Below are positions 12,317 through 24,671 of a stretch of DNA of 64,000 nt, piece by piece. Positions within the stretch are counted from its first letter, which is position 1; each line of letters starts with the position of its first letter. Under the pieces are notes generated by a model. That model worked only from the letters and a program-made list of their open reading frames with translations, searched no databases and was not told where the DNA came from. Source of the DNA: Blepharisma stoltei ATCC 30299 (lineage: Eukaryota > Protista > Ciliophora). Made by a program: the position numbers and the translations under genes. Location of the stretch: positions 620,001 to 684,000 of the forward strand of contig CBFDEM010000001.1 of NCBI GenBank assembly GCA_965603825.1, given 5' to 3'.

Positions 12317-12948
12317 TGATAATTTTGTGTAATAGATAATCCATAATAAGAGTTTTAATTATAGTATTTCTTTATTGTGATTTACGATCATTATCATTTT
12401 CTATACTGTTTTCGAGTGTTTTTTCATCTGATTGATTTAATTAAATTAAAATTATAAAAGCAAATATAGATATAGTGTTAATAATAATCTGCATTTGTGA
12501 GAAAGTGAATGAATTTGTTTGTTTATTATAATAGAAACATCTTTGCAGTAGGCTAAGTCTTGAAATTTTATTTTTCCATTATAAAAATCTTATTATTCAT
12601 ATTAGTTTTCAATTAAGCCATTAAACTCTTTTAGATTGCTTCTTCAGTTAGCCTATAGACCGCTTTTTCTTGCTAATGCTATATATCTCATTTTTTATCA
12701 ATTTTTTGATTACAGTTAGTCAGTCAGTGGTCATCATCATTTAATTAATATAGCTCCTTTATAAATAGCTTATTATTATATTTAAATTGACAAAATCAAA
12801 ATTTTTAAATTAAGGATACAAAATCTCTGAATTTTTTATATAAATTTTTTATAAAGCAATATCATCTTTATACCTATAAATTTGATTATTTTTTTGGAAA
12901 CTAATTCAGGTATTAAAGCTTTTCTCTGTATAATAATCTGGCGATAAA

Positions 12949-13359
12949 ATGGTGGACGCTAATCTAAACGTTGATGATGCTTGTGTCGTAGCTTACAACC
13001 GCTTGAAGTTGACCAAAGATATCAAGTTTGTCACCTATAAGGTCGAAGGTCAATCCAACGTCATTGTTGAGAGGGTTGGAGAATTGGAATCAACTTATCA
13101 AGACTTTGTCCACAGCCTCCCACAAAATGAGCCTCGCTTTGCTGTCTATGACTTTGATTATACTGCAGACGATGGAATTACATCAAAGAAAATTGTTTTT
13201 ATTCATTGGTCACCTGATAATTCCACAGTCAAAAATAAGATGATTTACGCTTCATCAAAAGAAAACTTGAAAAGAAGATTTGCAGGAATTCATAGAGAAG
13301 TACAAGCTTGTTCATTAGCTGAAGTGGAGCAAAGAGAAATCGCCCAAGCACTTAGATAA
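12949..13359 (+). CDS. Actin-depolymerising factor/cofilin
   Basis: LPQNEPRFAVYDFDY, KIVFIHWSPD and KMIYASSK motifs; 136 aa. Confidence 0.95.
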   Translation: MVDANLNVDDACVVAYNRLKLTKDIKFVTYKVEGQSNVIVERVGELESTYQDFVHSLPQNEPRFAVYDFDYTADDGITSKKIVFIHWSPDNSTVKNKMIYASSKENLKRRFAGIHREVQACSLAEVEQREIAQALR

Positions 13360-13644
13360 GTAACTTAGTTAAAAAGAAACTTAAATGATGTAGTTTTAAT
13401 GAAAGAGGAGCTTCTGTTTAGCTTGGAGCTATCAAAATCAGGAAAAACAACTACATGATCTGATTTTATGTAAAATAAATGCATTTATGCAGTAAAAAGA
13501 ATAATTCTCAAGCAATAAAAGCAGGAAAAGAAGAATTTAATACTTCTTAAAGCTTGCCAAAGTGTTTTCAAAGCAGATCCAATGACATCTTAGAAAATGG
13601 AATAAATAAAAATTTCAGGAGAAGTGCCACAAAACTATAACCGT

Positions 13645-14157
13645 ATGGACAAGTCAAAGTCAGGATTTTTTATAGCTGTAATCGGCTGTTCACAAGTTGG
13701 GAAGACAGCTCTTGTAGCAAGGCTTGTAAAAGACATGTTCATAGAAGAACATCAGCCAACAATGACACAAGAGATCCAAACCACACTGTGCTCAGCAACC
13801 AAGCGACGACTGATAAGGCTCTTTTTTTTAGATCTCATCGGAAATAATTATTTCCAGTCCTTTGCGACCCCATGGATTGGGGTGTCTCAAGCTGTTTTGA
13901 TGCTTTTTGATACAAATTCAATGAGCTCATTCAATCAAATTCAAGGACCCACCTCGTTGCGCTCGCTGGAAAATATCATGATTTTTCTGGTTGGGACCAA
14001 AACTGATACTGTGTATCAGCGAGAAGTTTCATATGAGCAAGCTGCTAATAAAGCGAAAGAGCTAAATGCGATTTATATAGAGATAAGTACGAAATCTAAG
14101 AAGAACTTAGAACAGATGCTAAAGATTGTTAGTCAATCTTTACTGAGAAAGTATTAA
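13645..14157 (+). CDS. Divergent Ras-superfamily small GTPase
   Basis: G1 GCSQVGKT, G3 DLIG, G4 TKTD, G5 ISTK. First ATG at 13645; no C-terminal Cys. Confidence 0.75.
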   Translation: MDKSKSGFFIAVIGCSQVGKTALVARLVKDMFIEEHQPTMTQEIQTTLCSATKRRLIRLFFLDLIGNNYFQSFATPWIGVSQAVLMLFDTNSMSSFNQIQGPTSLRSLENIMIFLVGTKTDTVYQREVSYEQAANKAKELNAIYIEISTKSKKNLEQMLKIVSQSLLRKY

Positions 14158-14989
14158 ATAATTATTAAAAGAGAAAAATGTGATGAAATAATAATTATTA
14201 ATTTTGAGATTTATAAATAAAATTTTTGGTATAAGAAAGAAGCTTAACTTTAAAAATTTTCTTAAAATCATGAAATGAACTGATTATACAAGATATTTAT
14301 AATTAATAAGGCTGTATTTATTATGATTAAAAATTATAATTTTTTTTGATATTATTTTTAAATAATTTATGTGTTAGCTTATTAATATTTAGCAGAGAAA
14401 ATTAAATAGCTTTTCGGTAGAATAAAACTAAAAGCGAGGTTAAAAAGCAATTTTTGCTTGCTGTTCTTTCAAGAATGATCAAAATTTTTCTCATTAGAGG
14501 ACAATAAATTGTTTTATTCAAAATACCAAATTGAAATATTAAATTGAAAACCTATATTTCATTTATAAAATTGATCTTTTGCGGAACAGGCTCCTTAGCT
14601 TTAATAGAATTAGCTCCAGGATGATTATAATATATTCTTCTCTTATATTTGAAAAATTTTACTTAAATTAGAGAAGGAGTTCCCAATGGCTTTTTTAACA
14701 TAAAACATTTTGATGTAGATAAAAGTTTAATTTATATACATAAAAGATAATTTAATTATATACCAGAGTTATTTAATGGAATACTTCAATTCAGTAATTA
14801 AATGGCATTTCTCATTACATTAGAATTAAAACTTGCGATATTATCAAGAACGTGGCATTTTTCTTTACCACCAAATATTTCAAACAGTTATAATTTGCTT
14901 TAATCTGTTCATTTTCAAAGCTACAAATCTTAACTCTTCCAAATCATCACTGTTTTTATTATTATTATTATTATAAAAATAACTACTAT

Positions 14990-17900
14990 ATGGTCTATAT
15001 CCTGATTTTATTTCAAAACTTCCTCTTCCTCGGGCTTTCTCTCCAAATTTCTCTACTCCCTTCCACAGGTGTCCCTCCGCCCAGCCGAAAGCTCGGAAAT
15101 ATGATTTACGATTCCTCAAAAAACCAGCTTGTTAATTTCGGAGGCCAATCTACAGACGGGTCATATTCTAACGACCTCGCTTCATTTTCTTTATCACATA
15201 TGAGATGAAGCTTAATTTTGCCTTATTTATCTACAGTCCCAGACGAAAGAGCAGCATCTGCAATGTTTTATGATGACATTAACCAACAAGTACTTCTATA
15301 TGGAGGGAGGACACGTGCAGGCCCTGCTGGGGATTTTTGAAGCTATAGCTTAATAGAAAACAGCTGACAACAATTATCTAGAAATGGGGATGATCCAGGC
15401 CCAAGGGCATATACAGCACATGTGGAATATTCAAGAGGAGGAAAGAACTACTATGCAATTTTCGGAGGTCTGACTCCTACAGCAATAGATAACAGCTTAT
15501 ATATGTAAAAATTATGTAGTCTTAATGGGAGTGATTTTACATGAACAAAAAAGCCAACTGCAGGGAGTCCACCACAGCCAACTGAAAGTGCTGGAATTGG
15601 GTATTATAAGGATAAGTTATATGTATGAGGAGGATTAAGCAGATTTTCTACAGAGCTGCAGGATACAAAATTGCATGTTTTTGACTTGGATTCTGAAAAA
15701 TGGACACAGATTAGTGTTTCAGGGCAAACTCCACATGGGAGATTTCAGCATTTTTTGTGTGTGATAGGTGACTATTTGTTTATAAATAATGGGGAGGATT
15801 TTACGACTGGAAATTCTATTTTTGATATTTGAAAAATTAATTTAGCAACTCTCAGCTTATGAGAAAAAGTCAATTTTGAAGACCCAGACGACATCGCCAC
15901 TGATAGTGGCTCTATTACTACAGCAGGCTCTACAATTTATTCCTTCGGCGGCACCTCAGCATCCGGCATAAACAACTCTCTTACCTCAATTGATCTTTCT
16001 GCCTCATCTATAGCCTATACCTTAGTTTCCGCTGAACTTCATGGCCCAGAAGCCAGAATGATGCACTCAATGCACACAATCCACACTTCTTTATGGATTT
16101 TTGGCGGAATAAACAGCGACAAAAAATAGTAACTTCTATACAGCCTGAATGATATGTGGAAATTTGAGCTAGAAACTAATACATGGGCCAAGCTTTCTAC
16201 CACTGGTGACAAGCCACCTGCAAGAGCAAGGCATGGCAGTTGCTCATCTGCAGACACTTATGTCATCTTTGGAGGGATAAATGATGATGGCTATTTAAAT
16301 GATATGTACGAATATACAGTTTTAGCAAATACATGGAGAGAAGTGACTACTTCTTCTAGTAAATACCCAACTGAAAGGCATGGAGTCTGTATGGCACAAG
16401 CTGACTCTTTTATATATATTTTTGGAGGACATACAATGTCAGGGTATTCTAATGAGCTGTGGAGGTTTGACACTATTGATAACTCATATGTGCTTTTGGA
16501 TGATGGATTATCAGAACAAGTCCCAAAGCTAGCTTATACGAAATGCTTTATTAGGAATATAAATAAGGTTTATTATTTTTATATAGCCACTGGAGAAGGG
16601 GAAGATGGAGTCCCAAAATCGATTATAAGCAGATATGATTTAAAAAATGAGGAATGGCAGCTTGTCATGGATGCAGGATATGGCTCATTTGCCTTATCTG
16701 GGGCTGGAGGAGTAAATATTGACAATTACTTAGTCATTTTAGGTGGAGAACAGTGGAATTTTGAAGCTTTTGATAACATTTTTATGATAGATCTCGACAA
16801 TAACCCAGAGCCGATTAAAATTGGAAAAGTCGAAGAGCCTACCTATGCAACTGAAATGACTTATTTTGGACAGTCTCTATATTTATTTGGAGGCGGGGAT
16901 ACTATTTCAAGCCTGGTCCAAAATTATATACCAAAACAATTTTTATTTGAAATTAGCCAAAGCTCTGAAGACAATTTTGCGTGACCTTGCAGCAATGGAA
17001 CATATGGAGAAAAATGCAAGCCATGCCCAGAAGGGCATTACGCAGACAGTTTTGGGACAACTGAGTGCAAAAAATGCCCAAAAGGAACTTATAATACTTT
17101 TAAAGGAGCCAGAACTCATGACGAGTGCTATCCGTGCCCTTATGGGTCTTACGCACCTAGTGAAGGCTCAAAATACTGCGATAACTGCCCAGCAAGCATG
17201 TACTGTCCAGCAGGCACCTCTTCTCCTCTACATATAGAAGACCGAATCGATTTTGTGAGCATCCAGCCTCTTTTATTCAGCGAAAGTTCCAGTACGAGTG
17301 ACCAAGTTTTCAGCTACACCTTATATATCGTTATTTCCATCTCTACTATATTGACACTCCTCCTAATTTGTCACAAACCTATACGAGACTCTATGCCGCG
17401 CCTTGACTCCTATTCAAGAAACCACGAAACCAAAGACAACCACCCCATAATTAAGCGACGAACCTCACTTGGCGGCCTTTTCAGTGTCATTTTTCTTCTT
17501 TTAGCATTTTTATATGCCTTACAAGGAGCCACAATTTATATCACAAATAACATAATTGAAGAAAAAATGCTTGAGCCTTTGGTCTCATTAGAAAATGACT
17601 ATTCAGCCTTTCCTGGGGATATTTATATTAATATCACTTTTTTTTACTATGGAGGAAACTGTGTCAGTAATGACTCTTGTGTGGCAGATTTATTGTACAG
17701 CTATGCAGATATTGAAGGAAAACTGATAGGGCCTGACTGTTCATTGGTGGGAAGAGACTGTCACGTTACTTTTGTGTGCCATGGATGTGATCTAGGGGTT
17801 GGGGCAGCTATTAATTTATCAATGCTAGAGCCACGAAGTTATGCAAGCTTTATTTCAGTCAATATTTCGTCAACGTCTTCAATCCCAGATGAGCTAAGCT

Positions 17901-18466
17901 CTATTAAAATTGATATCGCACCTACTAGTACTTCTTTGGTATTCAGAGGCCAAAATGCTTCAAAATTTACGTTTTCGATGACACCGTCTGTTTTTCTTTC
18001 AGATGTTTCTAGGTGAAATCGTAATCAAACTGGGTACCACGTGTCTTTGCCGCATTCGCCGACTGCAGGGTCAGCACTGCCTACAGATGAGTAAAAGTTA
18101 TTTAGGATAAATTTTGAAGACTCTGTAAGGGTTTCTATCAGTCTTGATATAGGAGATGTGGTTTTGGTCACCAAAAGGTTGTTATCAGAGACATTTTTTT
18201 TGCTACTTGGGTCTTTACTTGGGTCTGTGTTTGGGATCATACAAATTGGTGGGACCCTTATGGGGAAAACTGAGGAAATTCAGAATTTCGCAATAAAGAA
18301 ATGGAAACATTATCGTCGGTTTCATAGGATTGTTGGGAATATTGAGAAGCTTAGAAATGCAGTTGAGCCGAGGGAGATTGAAAATAATACTCCATCAGCT
18401 CAGACCACTGAGGCTTATATATTTGATGATTTCAGAATTAAGAAAAAGAATAGAATAATAGATTAG
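14990..18466 (+). CDS. Kelch-repeat / Cys-rich (GCC2-GCC3-like) multi-pass membrane protein, 1143 aa, three introns
   Basis: Signal-like N-terminus, many GG...W Kelch repeats (Trp often TGA), then CKPCPEGHY..CKKCPKGTY..CYPCPYGSY repeats and three hydrophobic segments. One frame after removing three 15-nt introns; TAG at 18464-18466. Confidence 0.85.
15505..15519 (+). other. 15-nt intron GTAAAAATTATGTAG
   Basis: Retention gives in-frame ATG TAA; removal continues the Kelch repeat. Confidence 0.88.
16129..16143 (+). other. 15-nt intron GTAACTTCTATACAG
   Basis: Removal yields KKYLNDMW, like GYLNDMY in the next repeat; retention gives TAG. Confidence 0.9.
18091..18105 (+). other. 15-nt intron GTAAAAGTTATTTAG
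   Basis: Retention gives in-frame GAG TAA; removal joins to the 18158-18466 ORF. Confidence 0.85.
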
Positions 18467-18508
18467 TATTATTTTATTAGTTTTAATATCTGAATGGAAA
18501 ATAAATTT

Positions 18509-20668
18509 TTATTTATAAAGATATTTCAGAATTGTTTGTGTGAGTATTTCAGGAGAGCATGGCTTAGTCAGTACTTCTTCCATCCCAGATTCCAAGCATA
18601 GCCTAATATCACTATCAGAACTAAATGCGGTATATCCGATCATCGCAGGCAAAAATTTAATTTCTCCATTAAAGTACATCTCTATCACTTTCCGAGTAGC
18701 TTCCCAACCATTTAGCTCAGGCATGCTTCCATCAACAACTACAACCTTATAAGCTCTACCCATAGAATCACTTTCTTGTACTTTCTTGATTAATTCTAAT
18801 CCTGTACATGCTTCATTATAATTAACATTATTGCGTTTAAGAAGAGTCCCTAAAATCATCCTATTAAAGTCATTATCGTCTGCAATCAAAACTTGTGCAT
18901 TTTTATTTTCTGCTATAGCAGACTCAAAATCAGCAATTGAGGCAGTTAAGCACTCGTCAAGTCAAACCTGAGAGTCTGAAAAATAATCATCAGAAAGTAT
19001 CTGAAGATTGGGAGGAGTTTCAAAAATGTCTATTGAGAAAATAAAAGATGAGCCTTTTCCTGTCTTTGAGATGACTTCAATAGGATTTCCTCCAAGTTCT
19101 TGGACAATTTTATTTGAAATTACAAGGCCAAGACCACAGCCATCTGGGTTTATATTTAAGCTTATATCTGAATGAAATTCTTGGAAAATCCATTGTTTCC
19201 TCGACTCACTGATTCCAATTCCTGTGTCGTTTACCATTATTTTGAGCTTTGAATTTGTGTCAAGCAGACATACAAGCTCAACCCTTCCTTTAATTGTAAA
19301 TTTTAGTGCATTACTTAAGAGATTTAGCAGAATCTGACTTAATCTCAAAGCATCCGTATATACATATTCAGGCAATTTTGGATCAATTCTTACAAGAACT
19401 TGAATTCCTTTTTTCTCTGCTTGAATTCTTATAAGTTGTAAGCAGCCGCTAATGATATCATGAAGCTTGGGTTTACTCTTTTGGACAGTAAAAGCCCCTG
19501 CTATCATTTTAGAGTAGTCCAATAAATCGTTTACAAGAGAAATCAAAAGTTTGGCTGACACTGAAACTATTTTCAGCTTTTCAAGGTGTTCTGGAGCTTC
19601 AGAGATTTTATGATCGCGCATTAATTCTTCGACTATAAATGAGATTGCGTTAATAGGAGTTCTCAATTCATGAGTTACTGATCTTAATAAAATATTCTTA
19701 AGCATATTTTCTGAGCGAGCCTTTTCAAATTGAATTAAAGCGCTTGCATCTCTAACTGTAATTAAAATGCTCTGCTGCTTTTCTCATATAACTTTTTTCC
19801 CTCTTCATATAAGATTAGAAGGCTTTGCGCTCACTCCCAGAAAAATTTCACTATTGAGAGTTGAATTTCTAATAAAATTTATATGATCTATAAGCTTATT
19901 TGATTCTGATAATTCAGAATATTTTTTCCCTTCTAAAAACTCAATTTCAGCTAATAATTCAACCACACAGTCAATTTCGCAGCAGAGCAGCTTCGGCAAG
20001 TTGTGATTCGAAAATAGTACTTCTTTATTTTCAGAAAGCACCAAAACCCCATCAGAAATCAAGTTAAAAAGAACACTTAATCGGCTTTCTGCATTTTCAA
20101 GATTTTTCCTTGATATAAACCTCTCATATGATTTGGCTTTCAAGAAATAAGAATTTATATTGTATAGAAAAATAATAAGGAATGATACCATGTGGGGCGT
20201 GTAGCTTGCATCTAAAAAGAGCTCATTTATTAAGTATTTTCTGTAATGCCATAAATATAAATGTTTTGACATAATGGCACATTTCATTAGCCGAGTCTGG
20301 ACAAAAGGGAGCTCAAAGCTGTTAATGAATATCAGTGATAGCATCTCAAACAAAAGTTGCTCTGATTTATATTCATTTTGGCCCTGCTTCCACAGCACAA
20401 AACAGTTAAATTCTGAAAAACTGATTGAGAATAGCGACTTAGCGAGGTAGCCTTTTCTGTCGAAATACCAAACTAGGCTGCAGCTGACAAAATGGATAAA
20501 TAAGTAAGGGATGTGCAGTATAGCAATTTCAATCTTATTTGAATTAACAGTGAGGAAAACGAAAAGCAAAACCACTGCCAAGCCAAGTAAAGAGTAGGAA
20601 TACCGCTTTAGGACTTGATATTTATCGTTAACTTCTTCGTCCCACCATTGATGATAAATAGCCTCCAT
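18509..20668 (-). CDS. Membrane hybrid histidine kinase HK1 (TM-PAS-like-HisKA-HATPase-REC), 719 aa
   Basis: H-box SVTHELRTP, N-box NLLSNALKFT, DTGIG, GCGLGL, receiver IADDN..VDGSMP..TKP. TGA=W at 19805 and 18962. Confidence 0.92.
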
Positions 20669-21482
20669 AGAAATACTTTTATATTTATTAAATATGTACG
20701 TAATTGAAAGAGCTCAGTTATGGTAATAAAAACTAAGGACGCTACTAATAAGAACCAGTAAAATTTCCATTTAAAAATTTATAGCTCTACTGTAATAAAA
20801 TTAGTAAATTAGGTTGGAATAAAAAAATAATTTCAAAGGGTCATTCGATAGCCTTTCTGAATAGGCTATGATTTTGATTTGCCATAAAAGCTTATATTGA
20901 TGCAGAAAAATGCTAATGGACTATAAAAAAGGAATTAATAGAGAAGAGACTGCTCCGCAAATAATTATATGGTCGCTTTATAGAAATCTAAGGAATTTTG
21001 GTATAAAAAAGAGAAAAGGCAAGGGTAGGCATTTAAAATTTATGATATAATAAAAAAGAAAAGGATGCAAGACTTGTACACGGATTTGAAAATTTTATAA
21101 GGTTAACAATTAAAAAATCTCGACCAATAGAATTGTGAGATATTTAATAAAATATAGGCTATTCATATTTTTCAGATAAAAAGTAAAGTTCTACTTTTAA
21201 AAATAGCTGAAAGTCTGTAGCAGCTGCCAAAATGGACGGAGACGCAATGAGACAGATAATGAATTTTCAGAAATATTAATATTTAACAGAATTATAAATA
21301 TTTTTACAAATTTTTTTTATACAGAATTCTGGCTGCATGAAATTTTCTTAAGTGCCTATATTAATATTTGTTTGGAAATGTTAAATAAAAGTGTCTAAAA
21401 AGGATTGGATTATTCTTAATACATTTATAATAATAGTCAGACTAATTAATAGATATAATTTATATTAACCCAGAGTTTACAC

Positions 21483-21995
21483 ATTTATTTCCCAGATTCA
21501 AATAAAGTCAAATGAATTGTCTAATCTCCGTTTAGCCTTAATTAATTTTGCACCCTATGAAAATTACCTTGCCTTTATGACAAATCCATACAGTTGGGTT
21601 ACTGTTTGCCATATAAACTCTCCAGAAGAAGAAATTAGGTTTACTGATTAAGCACTCTATGCTACTCACAAGTAATATTCTACTTGTGGATCTTTGCTAA
21701 CTGCAATAAATTTGAATTTTACTATTGACTTGCGAAATTTTGAAAAAAGAATGTTGGTTTATATTCTGAAAGGGCATTTGGGAATTATCAACTCCATTGA
21801 TTTTTCTCTATCGGCAAAAAGATTATATCTGGCAGCGAAGATATGACAATAAAATTCTGGGATATAAGACATTTGTATGATGATTCAAAAGAAGAACATT
21901 TAGCCTGTCTAGAGTGATCGTTGATGAAGCGTAAGCTAATTGCTTCTGATATATCATTAGTGAAAAAAATAAAGAGTTGTTGGATTTCTTATCAA
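21483..21995 (+). pseudogene. Degenerate inverted copy of the 3' end of the WD40 gene at 32595-35477
   Basis: atttatttcccagattcaaataaag...gaatgttggtttatattctgaaagggca...gatatgacaataaaattctgggatataa matches the reverse complement of 32600-33150, with frameshifting deletions. Confidence 0.88.
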
Positions 21996-22012
21996 TAAAA
22001 AAATAATTAAAT

Positions 22013-24136
22013 TTATATAAATTTTTTAATGGCTTCGATAATTTTTTCTGTAGAGCAAGGTTTTGGCAAAAAGTCTATCATTCCACACTGATAGCATAGT
22101 TTTATATCTTCTTCCGAGCAATATGCAGAGTACCCTATTATATAAGGAAGATGCTGAATTTTCCCTTGTCTGTACTGCTGATCAATATAAGACGATGCTT
22201 CTCATCCAGTCATTTCAGGCATTTCGCAATCCATGACAACAACTTTATATGGTCAATCAGAGGCATCCTTTCTTATTATTTTTTCCACAGCTATTCTTCC
22301 ATTATTCGCTTCATCGTATTCAAAATCATAAGATTTTAATGTTGATCCTAACACTTCTAAATTAAATTCTAAATCGTCCACAATAAGAATGTCTTTTTTA
22401 AAGCCTTTTGAATGAGCATAGCTTGATATTGTTATAGGTAAAATACGCTCATTGGTGCATGTTTCGGTATTTTCAATGGACAGGCTTAAAGGCTTGTCCT
22501 CGTAAATGTTAATATTGAAATAAAAAATTGAGCCTTTTCCAGAATTGCATTTTACTTTTATGGAGTTTCCATCTAATTGATTAATCAATAGATTTGATAT
22601 ATATAGGCCAAATCCATGCCCTCTTGGCCCAAGATTAGGAATATTTAAAGGGTCGATTTCTTTTATCATTTTTCTTATCTCTTCTAAGCTAACGCCAGAC
22701 CCGGTGTCTTCAACACAGCATTTCATCGTATTTTTTGCTGTTTTAAGACAAATGACCTCAATTTTTCCTTCCTGGGTAAATTTAAAGGCATTTCTTAGTA
22801 AATTCAAAATAATTTGACTAATTCTTAAAGAATCGGTGAAAATCATATCTGGCAAATCCTTATCTATTCTAAAACTAATGTACAAATTCTTTTTAGCCGC
22901 TTGGTATTCAAAAAGGCTGCAAGAGCTTTTGATTAATTCTTTTAAATTGCATTGTGTTTTATGGATCGAAAAAACGCCTGTTAGTATCTTTGAATAATCA
23001 AGCAAGTCGTTTATTAAAGAAAGCATTAATGTACTTGAAATAGAAATAATCTTCAGCTGCTTTATGTCTTCAGCATTCAAAATATGGCTACTTTGTAATA
23101 ATTTATTGGTAAAATGTATAAGTGAATTTAAAGGAGTTCTGAGTTCGTGCGAAACTGAACGGAGTAATAGAGTTTTCATCTGATCACAGGCAGCTTTTTT
23201 TTCAAGCTCGACAGAGTCGGTCACATCTCTTATAGTTATGAATAGGGCTGGGTTATTTTCCCAAATCATGTGAAGAGCTTTTCATTCTAAATTCCCAGAA
23301 GTCAAGCCAAGTGTTATTTCTTCATTATGTGTGCTGCTAAGAAGATAAGAAATTTCATCTACTAAGAAATTTGACGAAGTAAAATTGGAGACCTTTTTCT
23401 TTTCACAGAATACTATAGAGCTTATCATAGCTAACAACGTGTCTGGAGCAGATCTCAATTTTTGAAGAACACAAAGATTATAAAACTCGATTTTCATGCG
23501 CTGAGAAATAATCAAAATGCCATCAGAAAACGACTCTGTAATAATATTTAGTCGATTCTTTGAGTGCTCTAATTCACTCCTATACAAAAATCTTTCAAAA
23601 GAGACATTTCTTCAGTATAAAGATAATAGGTTCAAGATTATAACGGCCATTGCTATTAAATACGAGGAATGCCTATATCAGACATTTTCTGAACTCTTAA
23701 ACATTTGTTCATGTATATACCACATATAAAGGTATTTGATCACCATAACATTGAAGGCAACAATGTGCTTTAGCATTGAAAATTGAAAAATTAAGCACAC
23801 CAAAAACGTCAATAGCAATAGTATCAGTTTCTCATCCTTTAAATCATTATGAGACAAAGAGACGGAAAGGATATTAAGATATTCAGAGTACACAATTGAC
23901 AGCAAAGCTTTATAGCTAGATTTGTGGTTATATGAAAATCATATAACTGGTGCTCAGATAATATTCATTATTGAACTAAGCTTTAAAGTGTCACTAAAAT
24001 ATTCAGAAGCGCCTAGAAAAACAAATAGAGGTCATACAACTATAGCAAAAAATGCCATAACTAAACTAAACTTTTGCAATAGTTTGTAAATTGCTTCACA
24101 TTCTTCTTCCCACCAAGCTACTTGAGATTCTTCCAT
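22013..24136 (-). CDS. Membrane hybrid histidine kinase HK2, 707 aa
   Basis: MEESQVAWWEEE start; SVSHELRTP; NLLRNAFKFT; DTGSG; receiver IVDDLEFN..MDCEMP..LPKP. TAA at 22013; continuous with TGA=W. Confidence 0.9.
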
Positions 24137-24671
24137 TTTATTCAGATCCTTTGATAAATAAGTCAGTAAATATTACATGATAATTTAAAATTTATGGACT
24201 AAGAGTTAAAAATCAAAAAATCCTTCAGAATTAAGCTTAATATTCATAAGTTTGATAATTATGATCATAAATTATTTAATTTAATGACATATGCTAGTAG
24301 TTACTTTCAATCGCGATTAATTACCTAATTAAATTACTATTAAATTTTCACTAGACAGATATGTGATAAAGATTGCATAGCCAAAACTGAAATTTTAGCC
24401 TTGTATAGTTATTAATAAACCTAAAAAAATTTTTTTTGAAATTGTTAAAGCAAGCTTAAAACTCTAAAGGCTAATAGATACTTGAGTACTAATAAGTCTT
24501 ATAGATAGATAATCTAATTATTGATGAAAGGATTAAAATAATACTTAAAGATCCTTGAAATTCTAAATTCTTTTATAAATTTTTATATATCAATGTATCT
24601 CTATTACGCTTAAAATTATATAATAAAAATATAAAAATGCTGAATATTAAATATTACAAAAATTACATTTA

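Noticed and set aside
20880-21110. Possible Tc1/mariner transposase N-terminal relic (SLYRNLRNFGIKKRKGKGRHLKF)
   Set aside because: Very short and interrupted, with no DDE motif or terminal inverted repeats; cannot be distinguished from chance.
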